Positions 1-14,398 of a stretch of 64,000 nucleotides of DNA are shown piece by piece. A model generated the notes under the pieces. It was given only the letters and a program-made list of their open reading frames with translations, was not told where the DNA came from and did not search any database. The stretch comes from the human T2T-CHM13v2.0 reference genome, Homo sapiens. Each line of letters starts with the position of its first letter. Position 1 is the first letter of the stretch. A program made the translations under genes and the position numbers. Location of the stretch: the NCBI RefSeq assembly GCF_009914755.1, contig NC_060926.1. One strand, given 5' to 3'.

Positions 1-329
1 TTTATTTTTATATTTAGAAAACTTTATATTTTTATTATAAAGGTGACCTTTATACCAGTATTTTTTGTAATGCTCGTAGGCCTTCTTCCTTATCCTTAAC
101 CTTCTGCTGTGGCTTTAATTCCTCCTATTTCCTATGTGGCAATTAATAAGCTTATTCTATTTTCTACTTTCTCTCTTGCTTGTCCTCATCTGTTTTTTCA
201 GTTGTGTTACTTCTATTTTATCGTAACGGGTAATATTCAAACACTATTCCTCCCATTTTGCTGCAACCTTCGTTTTGGTCTTAAATCTACAATTAAATAT
301 ATTCAACACTCAACATCATTCCTTTTACT

Positions 330-1517
330 GAGCTAGCTCCAGTCACGTCTTGGTTTAATGAGGCAGATCTTCTAATGGGTTACACAGGAAGGTCTGTAAA
401 TTCAGCATTCCTTGAGCTCTTCCTGCTTAAAATTATTTTTCTATAGTTTTGACACTTAAAGAATAACATCAATGTTTATAAAACCTTTAAATTATGTTTC
501 CTTGAGTTTTATGACAATGCTCCTCCACTGTTGCCTTGCTTCATGCTGTTTTGCTGTCAAAAGTCTAAAGTTAGTCTAATTTCCTTTGTTCTATAAATAA
601 CTTGATCTTTTTGCTTATCTCAAGTCTTTTCATTAAGTTTAATAATTTTACTAAAATATGCCTCAGAGGTGACAATTTATAATCAATTTTCCAGGTACAC
701 AATAGATCCTTTCCATATGAGAGTGTAAATATATTTTTGAATTGCCATTTTTATTGAATATTATTTACATATTTTATTACTTTCTTTTTACTTGTGGACT
801 ACAAGACATGTATGTTAGATTTTTTTGCCTAGGTTCTACATCTAAAACCTACTGATACATTCAGTTTTTTAACTTGTTTTTTCTATTCTTGGCTATTTCT
901 ATTCCTTTCCTTTATGTTTTTAGTCCATTTACCTATTCTTTCTTGAGTATGTCATAATTTCATCTACATTTCTGAAATGAGCTTTAAAATTTTTCTCTTC
1001 TTTCTTCCCTGAGTTTGTTTGATCATTTTTCTCACATCTTCCTCTTTCTTGTTGTTGTTGTTGTTGTTCATTTCCATTCTGTTGTTGAATTTCTGATTCA
1101 AAATTCTCTGTCATATGTGAAAATGCTTGTTTTGTGATACTTAATGAATGCTGAGATGTATTTCAGTCGTCTTCTGCTTCTTGGTTGTTTTCCAGGTGAT
1201 GAGAAAGGTGAAAAGTGTTTTTACCATGTGAAAAATTTTGATTTCCACTTTTTATTTCATTCTTGAATAAATTTGGTGTGGGTGTTGCCTGACATACTGT
1301 GTTCATTTTTAAATGTTTTGGATTTTTCCAAACCTTAAATAACAGGTGTTTTTCCATGGGAAGAAATTAAGGTGAAGGTTTTGGTGGATTAATGGTTTCT
1401 TAGCTCAAGATCACCCTCTTAGTTGGTAGAGCAAATTGCAGTGTCTTTAATAGATGTACCTTTTTGGGACATTTGGTATTTCTTATTATTCAGTACTAAT
1501 TTTATTTAGGGCATTTA
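330..1517 (-). mobile_element. HAL1 (Half-L1) fragment, probably continuing at ~3760-4260 after the THE1 insertion
   Basis: 596-730 (AATAACTTGATCTTTTTGC...AATAATTTTACTAAAATATG...CAATTTTCCAGGTACAC) resembles the recalled antisense HAL1 consensus; T-rich strand bias. Boundaries approximate. Confidence 0.5.
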
Positions 1518-3757
1518 TGATATGATTTTGCTCTGTGTCCCCACCCAAATCTCATCTTGAATTGTAATTCCCATGTGTTGAGAAAGGGATCTAGTGGGAG
1601 GTAAATAGATCATGGGGGCAGTTTCCCCCATGTTGTTCTCATGATAGTGAGGGATTTCTCACAAGATCTGATGCTTTCAAAGTGGCAGTTTCCCCTGTGC
1701 TTTCTCTCTCTTGCCACCTTGTGAGGATGGTTCCTGCTTTTCCTTCACCTTCCACCATGATTGTAAGTTTCCTGAGGACTCCCCAGCCATGTGGAACTGT
1801 AAGTCAACTAAGTCTCTTTGTTTATAAATTATCCAGTCTCAGGGAGTATTTTCATAGCAGTATGAAAACAGACTAATTCAGAAAATTGGTAGTGGGTGTG
1901 GGGCACTGCTATAAAGATAACCTTAAAATGTGGAAGTGACTTGGAACTGGGTAATGGGCATAGGTTGGAACAGTTTGGAGGGCTCACAATAAGACACTAA
2001 GATGTGGGAAAGTTTGGAACTTCCTAGAGACTTGTTGAATGGTTTTGAGCAAAATGCTGATAGTGTTATGGACAATGAAGTCCAGGCTGACGTGGTTTCA
2101 GATGGAGATCAGGAACTTATTTGGAACTGGAGCAAAGGTCACTCTTGCTATGCTTTAGCAAAGAGTCTGGTGGCATTTTCTGCCTTAAGATCTGTGGAAC
2201 TTTGAACTTGAGAGAGGTAATTTAGAGAATCTGACAAAAAAAATTTATAAGCAGCTAAGCATTCAAGATATAACCTAGCTGATTCTGAAAGCATTCAGTC
2301 ATATGTGTTCACAAAGAGATGGTTTGAAATTGGAACTTATGTTTAAAATGGAAACAGAGCATTAAGGTTTAGAAAATTTGCAGCCTGACAATGTGCTAGA
2401 AAAGAAAAACCCATTTTCTGGGGAGGAATTCAAGCTGGCTGAAAAAATTTGCATAAGTAACAAGGAGGTGAATGTTAACAGCCAAGACAATGAGAAAAAT
2501 GTCTCCAGGGCATTTCAGAGATATTCATGGCATTTCCTTCCATCACAGGCTGGGAGGCCTAGCAGAAAGAAATGGTTTTGTGGACTGGGCCCAGGGCACT
2601 ACTGCTCTGTCCATACTTGGAACTTGATGCCCTGCATCCTAGCTGCTCTAGCTCCAGCTGTGGCTAAAAGGGGCCAAGGTACAGCTCAGGCCATTGCTTC
2701 ACAGGATGTAAGCCCCAAGCCTTGGCAGCTTCCATGTGGTATCAGGCCTGTGAGTATACAAAAGATAAGAGTTGAGCTTTGGAGCCTCCACCTAGATTTC
2801 AGATGATGTATGGAAACTCCTGGACGTCCAGGCAAAAGTCTGCTACATGAGTGGAACCCTCATGGAGAACCTCTGCTGGAGCAGTATGGAAGGGAAATGT
2901 GGGGTTGGAGCCCCCACACACAGTCCCCACTGGGGCACTGCCCAGTGTAGCTATGAGAAGAGGGCCACCATCCTCCAGACCCCAAAATAGTAGATCCACC
3001 TACAGTTTGCACCATGTGCCTGGAAAAGCCACAGACATTCAACACCATCTGGTGAAAGCAGCTACAGGGGCTGTGCCCTGCAGAGCCATGGGGTGGTGCT
3101 GGCCAAGGCTGAGGGAGCCCACCCCTTGCATCAGTATGCCCTGGATGTCAGACATGGAGTCAAAGGAGATTCTGGAGCTTTAAGATGTAAGGACTGCCAG
3201 GCTGAGTCGCGGATTTGCATGGAGCCTGTAGCCCTGTTGTTTTAGTCAATTTCTCCCATTTGGAATGGGAACATTAACCCAATGCCTGTACCCCCATTAT
3301 ATCTTGGACTGTTGAGGAAGGCATGATTAGTTTTGAAATGTGAAAAGAACATGAGATTTGGGAGCAGCCAGGGGCAGAATAATATGGTTTGACTTTGGCT
3401 CTGTGTCCCCACCCAAATCTCATCGCTAATGGTAATCCTCACATGTCAAGGGAGGGACCTGGTGGAAGATGATTGGATCATGGGGGTAGTTTTCCCCATG
3501 CTGTTCTCATTATAGTGAGTGAGTTCTCATGAGGTCTCATGAGGTCTGATGATTTAAAAGTGACAGTTTCCCTGTGCTTGCTCTATCTCCTGTCACCTTG
3601 TGAAGAAGGTTCCTGTTTTCCCTTCCCTTTCCACCATGATTGTAAGTTTACTGAGGCCTCCCCAGCCATGCAGAACTGTGAGTCAATTAAATCTCTTTTG
3701 TTTATAAATTACCCAGTCTCAGGTAGTTTCTTTATAGCAGTGTGAAAACAGACTTAT
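1518..3757 (+). mobile_element. Full-length ERVL-MaLR element, THE1C/THE1D-like (5' LTR 1518-1880, internal 1881-3379, 3' LTR 3380-~3757)
   Basis: Two related ~360-bp LTRs starting TGATATG/TAATATGG...CTCTGTGTCCCCACCCAAATCTCATC and ending TTTATAGCAG..TGAAAACAGACT. Internal ORF remnants MWESLELPRDLLNGF and EKKNPFSGEEFK are typical of THE1/MST internal regions. Confidence 0.92.
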
Positions 3758-4279
3758 TTTTTATATTTTGCTTGCTTCTTTATTTTCCTCCATCAGTTAT
3801 CCTTCAGAGATAAACCTCTGTTCTTTTAAGTTACCTCCTGGGACCCCATAATTGATGCCTCCTGTAGTTATTCACTTCTGGTCCCATAAACTTTCAAGCC
3901 CCTTCCTTTTGATTCCCCAGTTTCTGGTAGTCTACTACACAAGGGCTCCAGTTGATTCTCAGTATTTCCACTCCACCCTCAGAGTAAGAACCTTTGTTCA
4001 GGGGATAATTTAATCTTTGTTCCAAGCCTTCTAGTACCTGGCTGCCCTCTACTGTTTTCTGCACAGTCTCTGACTCTTTATGGGATTGGGACCCAGAGAT
4101 GACTCCTGGTTGTCAATATTTCCTCATGAGTTAATATAAAGTTGTAGTATTCTCTGTCTCCTAGTTATGCTAAATGGTGCATTTCTTCTTTGCTTTTTAA
4201 TATTTTCAGAAGATATGGGAAGAAATTCAAATTTGGGTGGTCACCATAATCCTATAGGAACCTATAATTACTACTTAAT

Positions 4280-4630
4280 ATTTTTAAAGCTATTTAAATG
4301 GTATCAGTCTCTAACAACTATAAATTTCTAATAAAGATAGTCATTGTAGTTTTGTACATTAACTGCCATCTTTGCTAAACTCTTATTCTAATAATTTATA
4401 TATAGATTTGGGAAGATTTTTGTATATAAAATTATGTCATCTGTGAATAATGAAAATTTATATATCTTCATTTCCAATCCTTATATCTTTTATTCTTATG
4501 GGCTAATGCCCTCAATAAAATGCTGCAGAGAAGGTTTGATTAATGGAATTTTTTTTATCATTCCTATTAACAATGAGAAAACTTTTAAAATGTCACTATT
4601 AAGTAGGATGTTTGTCCTTCATGTATTTGT
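4280..4630 (-). mobile_element. Old L1M (L1ME-like) ORF2 fragment
   Basis: ATTATGTCATCTGTGAATAA is the antisense of a degenerate LF(A/T)DD RT motif; flanks resemble antisense L1M. Confidence 0.6.
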
Positions 4631-7600
4631 CTAGTGTGTTGTTAAGTGTAGCAGGACGGCATGCAATTTTTGGCGAAATATATGCTGATTTCCTTGAGTT
4701 AATCATTAAAGCTCACAGCAAAGGATGAAAGATTCCAAGAATCACCAGCTGTTGGGGCTATCCACCTCCTGCAGGGCTCACTGAGCAGAACTGTAATTCT
4801 TGAAATTGAGCAATCTCAAATCACACAGTATAAATGTAAAACAAATTTTACATTCACCGTAACCATCACCAACCATGTTGTATTGAGTTTCTTTATCCTC
4901 TGGGCCGTGAGTTTCATTATGACACATTAATCTGATTTTTTATCAGTCTTAACATGCACTAGTTAAAGCTTTCCATGTGTGTTTTTAAGAATTCATTGTA
5001 CTCACTTAAAATATTAAATTATACAATTAGAGAAAATTGTTTAAATACACAATAGGTGAGAATGCTCTTGCATTAGCACTATTTCTAGTCTCTGGTCCCC
5101 AACCCTTTCATTTGGGTTATTTTTGATACTGATATATGTAAAGAAAAAAGAAATCAGACATTTTTCTATGTGTTTGCAAGCTTATTCCACCCTTGTTTTA
5201 AGTATCCCCCAAGTGCTTACATTCTGATGTATGACCATTTGCTCCCTGTTACAGCAGTCCCCAGCAAACTTACAACCCCAGTCTCATATACCCACCATGG
5301 CCCTCAACTCTGGAGCCTATGGCATAGATAAGCCTATTTCCCATACCTCTAGAAACTGGGAACTTGAGGAGCTGCACCACCATACCAAATCCCCTCAGTG
5401 CTCTTTGCCAATCCAGTATCAACAGAGCAGGTCAGCAAAGCCTAGCTGCTTGGCAGAAATCCTGCAGGAAACTGGACATCATTTTTCCCTCTAGCAGAGA
5501 AGTCTAAGGTTTATGAGTGATCCTCTTAGCCCCTTCCCTTACCTTGACAGAAAGCAACAAGTTGAGTGCCCCACTCTTCAGCCACAGGAAGGAGAATGCA
5601 GAAGATGGCCTCTCTTCATGAAGAATGCACTCCCTGCAAAAGGCATACCAGCTTACTACCAGCCTTTCTCTAACATCAACCAAGAGGGATGGGGCTAGGT
5701 TGCAAGGGTCACCTCTGATGAACAGGCACTTCTTAGTCATCACTGTGGAAAAGTGGCTGGCCCAGCATCTGTGAGTTCTCTAAACTTAGAACATGGAGTA
5801 AGTAAAGCCTTTGCTTCTCAAAAGCTATGGCCTTGAGTTCTCAATTTCTGAAAAAAAAAAAAATGAAGCTCCTACTTGAACTTGTAAGTTCATGCATAAC
5901 ATCCTGCTTCACCATCATGGGGTAACATTGTAGCTTTAACTTATGGGCTTTGTCTCTATCCCAGGCTTACTTCAAACCATCAACACATGAAAAGGATAGC
6001 TGTCACTGAACTGTTTCCTTCAGATCCACTTGACTATCTGACCGAAATTAGTGGTTTAAAAGAAGCATGCATCAGATATCTGAAAAGGGTCAAATCAAAC
6101 AACAGCAATAAGCAACTAGAGTTGTTACATTAGTGGTACACTTATGAATAATGTCATCATGTCTGGTTCTTTATATCCAAGATGAAGTAGCTAGCTGAAG
6201 CAACCACTCAGTTATTTCTGGGCCAAAATACATAATCCAAAGAAAAGTGATAGGCATTGGCTCATATATTTAAAGCAAACTATAATATTCACATTCATTA
6301 GATTGTGACTGCACTCCAATTCATTAGCAGTTTATTGATACAACCCAAGATAATGACAAAATTCATATGGAGATATATCCTCTGAGAACCAAAACCAAGT
6401 TTCTTTTTCTTCTTCCTTTTCCCCCCTTCCAGCCTTTCCTTCTTTGCTCTCTTTTATTTATTTACTTTATCTTTCCTTCCTTTCTTCCTTTCTTTCTCTC
6501 TTTCTAGTATCTCTAATACATGGCATAGCCAAGTCTATTGTAAGTGCTCAGGAAATATTTGTCAAGTTAAACAAAAAATTAAAATGTAATATTTTATTTA
6601 TTAGAAATGAATATTGTACAATAAACTTTCTAGACTTAGAACTGTCCTCAACCTCCTGTTAACTGCCTGGGCATTTGCACTGAAATTTACAGTGGCATCT
6701 TTCAAAATCTGTGCTGCTTTGGTGCATGCTAACATGGCAAGCAATTTCTTTATTGGTTCTACCACACTAATCCCTCTTCAATTCAATAGGCATAATGGAG
6801 ACAAAATAAGTCAACCCGACAAAATCTTTACATTTTTCCCTTTCCTTCATGTTTAATCTTTCTCTCTCAAGGCAAAAGAATTAGATCTTTGAAGTCTTCC
6901 CAACCCCAGAAATCCCCTAATTCTTCTCCTTTCCCAGACACACTTTTTATTTTACAATCATGTAACCCATATTACACTTCTGTCCAGCATTGGTTGTACT
7001 CTCCTCTCTCTATTCCCCATACACACATCATAAGTTACTTACTAATACTATTGTTGGCACTGCAGACCTCCGTCTAGATATTAATTTACTTTATGGTTTG
7101 AAGGGAATTTGGATTTTGAAGGGAGTAGTGCCAAAGGCATAATTAGGTCAAGAAGCATGAAACTGTAGAAAAAAGATTATCATGTGTTTTAATTCAATGT
7201 GAAGAATGACTCTCTGGGCACTTGAGGACTGATAAGAAACTGAGACCCAATCATGTGACAATTAGAGAAGAAGTGACATCTAGTGACAGCAATAAATACA
7301 TCTAGTACCAGGGGTAAGGAGAAGAAAGAGAAGGAACTGACTAGGATTGAAACCCAGAGACAAGGAAATTTCGTGAAGAAAAGAGGAAGTGACAAGGAAG
7401 ATTCTTAGCAAACCAGAATAGTTTGAAACACGATTGAACAAGAATCTATGAAACACAAAAGAGAGAAACTGTAGAAAAATGAGTCTCAGACATTGAAGCA
7501 CAACATCTCAGTATCCTAGCTGAGTCATCCTATGGGAGTTCCATCTGCTGGTGACAAACTCTGCTATCGCAGGCTCTCTGCCATTATTTGATAAGGCCCC

Positions 7601-10409
7601 AGCATCAATTCTCCACTTCCACCTACAGGCCTTGGGTTGCCATTCTGTCCTGGTTTGATCTTCCTTATGTTCTTAGAAAACAGCTTTGCTGTGATGACAG
7701 GCTGGGATAATAGGCATTTTGTAGCCATAGAGCTAATTGATCCCCTAACTATTTATCAAATGTATATACTTGGCTGAATGCCTCTCTGCCCATCTATAGG
7801 ACTTAACTAAAAATCACCAAGTTTTATACACATTAAAGCACAATTTTTTAAATCTAAAAACTGGTGCTTAGAAAAGCAAAAAAAAAAGTTACTTGGTATT
7901 GATGTTTTATGTGCAAACATTATTATTTTTAATGAAAATGAATGGTATAATTACAAACAACTATCACTTGTCATTATAACAAATGAGCTTTGTTTGATGG
8001 TTAGTTGTCATTATGTTTTCTTAGTTTTGTGAAAGAAAGATAAAGCAAAAAGGAAATGGCTAAAACTACATAAAATTAACCTTCAAAGTTATAAAATCAC
8101 CCAGTCAAGATATCTGTAGTAAAATTAGTTCCATAACACTCAAGGTGCAAATCTAAATTCTGGCACTCAAATAGATGTGCATGACTGTCTTCCAAATAGT
8201 TGGGAAAAAACTCTATACATCCCTAAATGGCCAAGCTACTCGTAACTCCCTACTTCCCTGTTCATTTCATCATCTTGACTGAAATTGAGGTTTGAGTTCC
8301 AATTCTGGTTTATCAACTCATTTTAGTTATGGACTCCAACTAAAAAGTGACTTATTATAAAATACCTATTTCTATTTCTAAAATTTTATGAAATTCACTC
8401 AAGGACATGTGTTTCTTTCTTAACATTGATGAGGTCCTTGTACTTATAATTTTTAAAGTGTCATGAATAAACAGAAAGCATTTCTGAGCACCTGTTTATA
8501 AATTAGAAGCAAAAGCATTTTTTCTTTTCAGAGAAGTTTCCTCTGGTAAGAAAAACCAGACAAGTACATTTGATAAACCAGTTATATTATTAAAAAATGA
8601 ATTACCTGGTAAAGAGTGTATACATTTTAATGTCCACAAAAAAACAGCATTTAAGATTTGTAGTAATGTATAGAGCATTCATGTAGCTACAGAACTTAAA
8701 TTAGACCTCAAAAGTTGTACAGAACTTGTTTGGGGTACATATTACTAGATATGTCTGATTGCATCATGTTTTATCACAAAGGAAAATAATAGGTTACCTA
8801 CATGAGAGAAAGAAATAATGTAAAGACAACCTGTGTCATTACTGAACAAATCTAGGAGCCATGGCAATTGGGATAAGTTAGATTTGACAATTTTCTTCTC
8901 CCTGTTTAATCTTCAGTGACTTGATCTCTAAGGCTTTGTAAAACCATCGGTACAACTGTGCTCTCTACCAGTTGAGAGAGAGCTGTCAGAAAGAAAGATT
9001 ATCTATAAAGCCCCTAAAGAAAAACCATTAGCATGCCAGTATGATCTAATGCAGAACTATTCTGCCAGTCAAAAAGTTTCAGAATTCTCAACTGTTTTTA
9101 GAGCTCTACTTCCTGAAGAGGTACCTTTATTATTTCTGCAAATCTCATCCTTAAGTTTTCTGTACACCATGTTGTATAGTTTTTCCAAAGAAGACTGACT
9201 AGTTTGGTCCAATTCTGAATGAGAAAACCCCTACAACTTCAGCTAAGCAGAAATTTAAAGTGAATATGAGGATAATTCCATTGCAATTGTGAGGTAGTCA
9301 GTCACCCAGCCAAGTCTGGGTGGTGATGGGAATGAAGTCACCAGGATGCTTACTCTCTCCAAAGGAGATAATCAAGTTGTTAGAACGTAATAAATTTTGT
9401 TTAATATGCATTAGGACCTTATTAGCTCTTAATGCCATGCAAAAGATGTTATTATTCTGTACTTAATCCTGTTGTAAGTGCCTGTACCAGAGCTCCCAAA
9501 CAAATCTTTATCCTATCATTCACAGAAGGAAGAGGGGGAAGAAGACCATAATCTGTCTTCATTACTAACCACTGTAAAGGTGGCCTAACTAAGAAGAAAG
9601 CCCTCAGGAGGCCGTTTCATAACCAGTCTAAACATTCCTAAGAATTTCAGATTAAGGCAATTTTTTGATAATCCCAGAGGCAAATTTGAACTACTCAGAT
9701 AGGTGAAAAGGGAGAGAGATAAGGCATAAATAAATAAGGAGAGTTGAGGATGAAAGATTCTAATAAAAGAAATTTTCCTTGCCTGATTGAAAACATTCTC
9801 TAACCTCTGCAAAAATGCACGCCATCTTCCCTTCTATCCTACAGGAGTGGAGCTGCTCCTGATACCTGTACAGCAACTTCATCCCTACTCATCTTCTCAG
9901 AGTAGCATCTCATGAAATTCCTCCTCTCCCTCCCCTCTACTGGCAGCTTCCCTTCAACATACAAATAGGGGCAAGCATTTGTCCTCATTGATTTTCAATT
10001 AAAAGTACCTTCTCCTAATTTTACCTTTTTTATTACCCTACTAATACTAGCAAATATCCACAGAGCAATCCTAAAGACCTAAAATATTTTCATACTGACA
10101 ACCAGTGTTTTCCTAATTTTTATTTTTTATGGTGACCTGCTAACCATGCAATAATAGAGTACAAGCATGAGTCATGAAAAAAATAACCTGTTGTTTATTC
10201 AGTGATCAAAATTCTAACTTGCTGATAAACAAGGTTGAGTTGTGGATAAATACTGAATTATGGTTTGTGAGTTTTGCCACAGTTCTCAGAAATTGGGAAA
10301 ATAAATTCATTTTGGTGAAAATAAAAAATCGAGTTTGGGTGGAGACAATCCAGTGTGTTTTGGTTTAAGGCAAGGGTAATTGGGGACCTATGGAAAGCTA
10401 AATAGAATT

Positions 10410-10530
10410 TTTTAGTAGAAAGTTAGAAATGTAGGTCTGGAGTTGCCTAAGAAAGCTGAACTGGAGTTATAAATTGGGAGTCATCAGTCGGCAGGTGAAA
10501 ATTAAAACTTCGGGGTGAAGATATTATCCA
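10410..10530 (-). mobile_element. L2 LINE fragment
   Basis: GTAGGTCTGGAGTT...CTGGAGTTATAAATTGGGAGTCATCAG resembles the antisense L2 consensus. Confidence 0.55.
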
Positions 10531-11951
10531 TTCACCAATTTCAAATGATGTATCCAAGTCAGTTTTAATTTCTCCTGCTCCATTATGAGCTATAATTTGT
10601 TCAAGCGGGAAAACTAAATAAATTAAATATACTTCAATAATGAATACAGAAATAAAGCTAAAAGAAAGTCAAAGGAATAAATTTTCAAATAGATAAAATA
10701 TCCTTGAAAGAATCAAACAACGGCTTGTTTGAGTGAAACTTCATTTTGTGTGGGTAAATGTGCTAGCTGGTGGAAGCAGTCAGTCTGCAGTAGTACACAG
10801 CATGGGGAGTGGTGTGGCAAATGTGTAAGATGTGCAATTCACTGTCATCATGCTAACTTTCATAGCCTATAGCTTACACAACATTTCTAGATAAAGAAAG
10901 CAAGAAAAATGAGTCTCAATAGCAAATATGGGTCACAGGTATCTAAAAAAAATTTAGATTAGAGAAATCATATCCTATACTAGTTTATTCTGGGTTTTTT
11001 GAGTATACAACACAACTGTAGACTATCTGATAGCACTTCTTATTCTAATCAGCCTCTTCTGAATGCATGTATTACTTGTTTAAATACAGATACATTTACT
11101 GGATATATACAGACTGACACAACTGATTTGAATATGTCAATCCCAGTAATATTTCCCGGATTTATCTCATCTATAAGAAACTGTTCCAGTAATTGAGACT
11201 AGAGCTAATTTCCTGACAGACAAGATCCCTGCCTCCATGGAGTTTCTATTCTACTGAATTAGTTATGTTCACGAGTCAATTGAGTTTCAACATTCTGTAT
11301 CTCTGTAGCATTTACTCCAAGCTTCACCAGAATTGTTTAAAAGCACATTTTTAAAAATTTTAACTACATACTAATAGTGATCAAGTAGAGCAATCAAGAA
11401 AATTTTAAAAATACTTTGCTCTTTAAGAGCTCTGGAACAAAATGATAACCATTAATTTTATTTGGGGAGGGAGGGGATGTCTTTTGAAATTTTCTGGGGA
11501 TAAGTAAGATTTAATGAAATAATATTTTCAATCTTGACAACTCTTCCTATTCCAAGAAAGGGTGTTCCAACACATTTCTCTTAGTTGTATCTCTTTAACA
11601 GAACCTTGAAAATTTTGTCACGTATAATTACATGACATATTCTTTTCCTTAGAAGAATCTACTCAAGCTGACCAAAAAAAAAAGCAACCCTTAGGAGAAT
11701 TTATATTTGAAAACAAGTTGGATCTCCTAATGAAAACAAAACATTATTGTAATTTTTTTCCTTTTTTTATTCATTGCTCTACATTTTCCTCCCTAAAGAA
11801 CATACTAAAACTCATATACTCGTGTCAATGGTATCTTATTTTATTCCAAAATCAAATAAAAACATTTAGGACTTTTTAGTAACTTAAGTTATTTAATGTA
11901 TCTTGGTTGCCTAACTTATTTGACACAGAATGAAGAGACATTGTCCTAGAT

Positions 11952-12169
11952 CAGAAATTCTCAACCATGGCACTACTGGCACTTTGGACTAGATGATTCC
12001 TTTTTGTAAGGGGCTGTCCTATGCATTGTAGGATGTTTAGCCCTATTCCTAGCCTCTGTTCTCTTGTTGCCAATAGCACCCCCACTGTGTGACAAACAAA
12101 AATGTCTCCAGACATTGCCAAATGTCTTCTGGGAAAGGGAGCAAAACTGTCTCCAATTGAGAACCATTG
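11952..12169 (-). mobile_element. MER20 (hAT-Charlie MITE)
   Basis: 218 bp; TIR-like ends CAGAAATTCTCAAC / TTGAGAACCATTG; internal AAAATGTCTCCAGACATTGCCAAATGTC; imperfect TSD TCCTAGAT / TCCTAATC. Confidence 0.9.
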
Positions 12170-12878
12170 TCCTAATCAAGAGTCTCACTTGAAAGTAGTG
12201 GTATAGTTTACAAAAACCTAGTAACAGAAGAACTTTGATTTTAGGGACATAGAAAAAGTCTTACCTCAATTTCAAAGCAGTTTGAGTGTCATCTTATTTA
12301 CCATTATATTTTTTAAATTTATGTTGTATATTAATTATAGACTATAGCATTGCAGAAGCAGCCTGGGAACAGTATTTAATTATAATTTATGGTTACTAAT
12401 GTTCTGTAAGGCATTAGGCTGTGAAAATGGTGCACAAACAGAATGTTGAACACACGCTTTTTTTTTAACGTTTCCAAGCAAAGAAAGAAATATTAGTTAG
12501 AATGAAGATCCAAATATGAATAGCATGATTGGAGAATTAACATTAGGCGTATTCATTTGCTAACTAGTTGATTAAATTTTAATGTGTTATATTGTGAGTA
12601 GAAAGCAATATTATGTGACTATTAATGAAAACCATTTATGTTCCTTCTTGCTTAAGAGCTTTTCTCTTGTTTAATGTAGGAAACACAACGTGTAACTATA
12701 GAAACCTGCCATTTCCATTATTGGAATTTTCTCATAAAAAGCAAAACTGATTAAACTTTTATTTTCTGGAAAGGTTCTTAAAACCCAGCAAAGAAACCAA
12801 ATCTTGCCTTCATAACATTTGTTTTGCCAAGAATAGATGGGTAGTAATAGGAACAGGGGAAAGAGAATGAGGCAGGCA

Positions 12879-13403
12879 TGTTACAGGAAAGGGGTCCCAA
12901 TTCAGACCCTAAGAGAGGGTTCTTGGATCTTGCACAGGAAGGAATTCAGGGTGAGTCCACAGTGCAAAGCAAAAGGAAGTTTATTAGGAAAGTACAGTGG
13001 TGAAAGGACAGCTACTCCATAGACAAAGTAGGACATTCCCGAAAGTAAGAGGAGGAACACATCCACCCAAGTACGATACTCATATATGACTCATATATGG
13101 GGAGATGTGCTCTGCTACAAGGGTTTGTGATAAAGGATTTTTTTAATTACTATATTTTGCAAGAATCAACATCATGATCTTTAAAGCAAAATTAGGAATG
13201 CCTTTGTTCTCCAGATATTGGCATATATGGACACTCCCAACTCTGGGTCTGTTTAGTAAATATTACTAATTTGTTCCCCATAATCATAAACATCTAGAGG
13301 CGAGGAATGCCTAATTTTCTGAGAATGCAATCCAACAAGTCTCAGGCTCATTTTCTTAGCCCTCACACAAAATGGAGTCACTCTGGTTCGAACACCTCTA
13401 ACT
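12879..13403 (-). mobile_element. MER41-family solo LTR (ERV1), C/D/E-like subfamily
   Basis: TGTTACAGGAAAGGGGTCCC...GAGAGGGTTCTTGGATCT is the antisense MER41 3' end; AATGGAGTCACTCTGGTTCGAACACCTCT is the antisense 5' end. Confidence 0.85.
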
Positions 13404-14298
13404 GGAGCTGGAAAATATGATCCATGGTCCCAAGATTACTCTCATCAGCATCCTCATCAATACCCAAAAATTCCTTAAAAATTCCAAGTTTATTTTTCAG
13501 ATTCTATTTTCTTTCTTTACACATCTGACTCCCACAGTGTTGACTTATAGTCCATGATAACAATAATAATGACAAAATGCCCAGGAGTAAAAATAATTGA
13601 TGTACTAAATATTATATATTAAAAACAATATATATTATATATTATATTATTCTTATAATATATAATGCTTATATATATATACATTTGTATACATATATAT
13701 TGCTTTTAATCCATCAGAATAAAAATGATACTCCAAAGCAAGTGCAAAACACTTTGCAAATGGGCTAAACCCTATCCTGCTCAAAAAGTGCAAGTAAACA
13801 TTTTAATAAAGTAAACTGGTGAGACTCCAAGACCAGAGGTTCTGTGTGAGCTCCCTACATATGGAAATATTATTTAATAATGCTCCAAAGTTAACTGTGA
13901 CTGAGTTTATTGGACACCCAAACTGAGGAACTTGATAAGGCTTAACAGTAAGAGAAGAGGGGCGGCAGGGGGAGTGCAAATTAAAAACCATCAATTTGCT
14001 TGGTTGTTACATTTTCTAACAAACTGGACAAAAGTAGAGAACATGAACTGCTTGTCTCACAATATTCTGGACCTGACCTTTTTCTAAGGCCGGTTCTCAT
14101 CTCTCGTTTTATTGCGTTAAGCATTCTGCCAAGAAATTCTTTCATTATCTAGTTCCCTGTGTGCATTAAACAATGTGGCATTTGTTTTAGAATTATTAAA
14201 TAATCCATGTCCCTTTATTTCTCAAAAAATTACTACTTTGGGCTATTTTCCCTCTAATCTATAAGATGTGAAAACCCTAAAGTATTTCTTAATTTGCT

Positions 14299-14398
14299 TC
14301 TTTAATTGACAAATAACTTTTTTATATTTATCTTTTACAACATATTGTTTTGAAATATGTTCACATTGTGTATTGGCTAACTCGAGGTAATTAATATC
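14299..14398 (-). mobile_element. L1MA-type 3' end fragment
   Basis: TTTAATTGACAAATAA...TACAACATATTGTTTTGAAATATG...CATTGTG...GGCTAA resembles an antisense L1MA 3' UTR. Confidence 0.55.

Noticed and set aside
929-1114. Poly-Q minus-strand ORF
   Set aside because: Comes from a (TTG)n run in a HAL1 relic; no splice or start context.
2002-3183. ORFs of 67-142 aa
   Set aside because: Broken THE1 internal ORF remnants.
8532-8545. Plus-strand 14-nt microexon-like TTTTCAG|AGAAGTTTCCTCTG|GTAAGA
   Set aside because: Isolated, not a multiple of 3, and no other plus-strand exon support.
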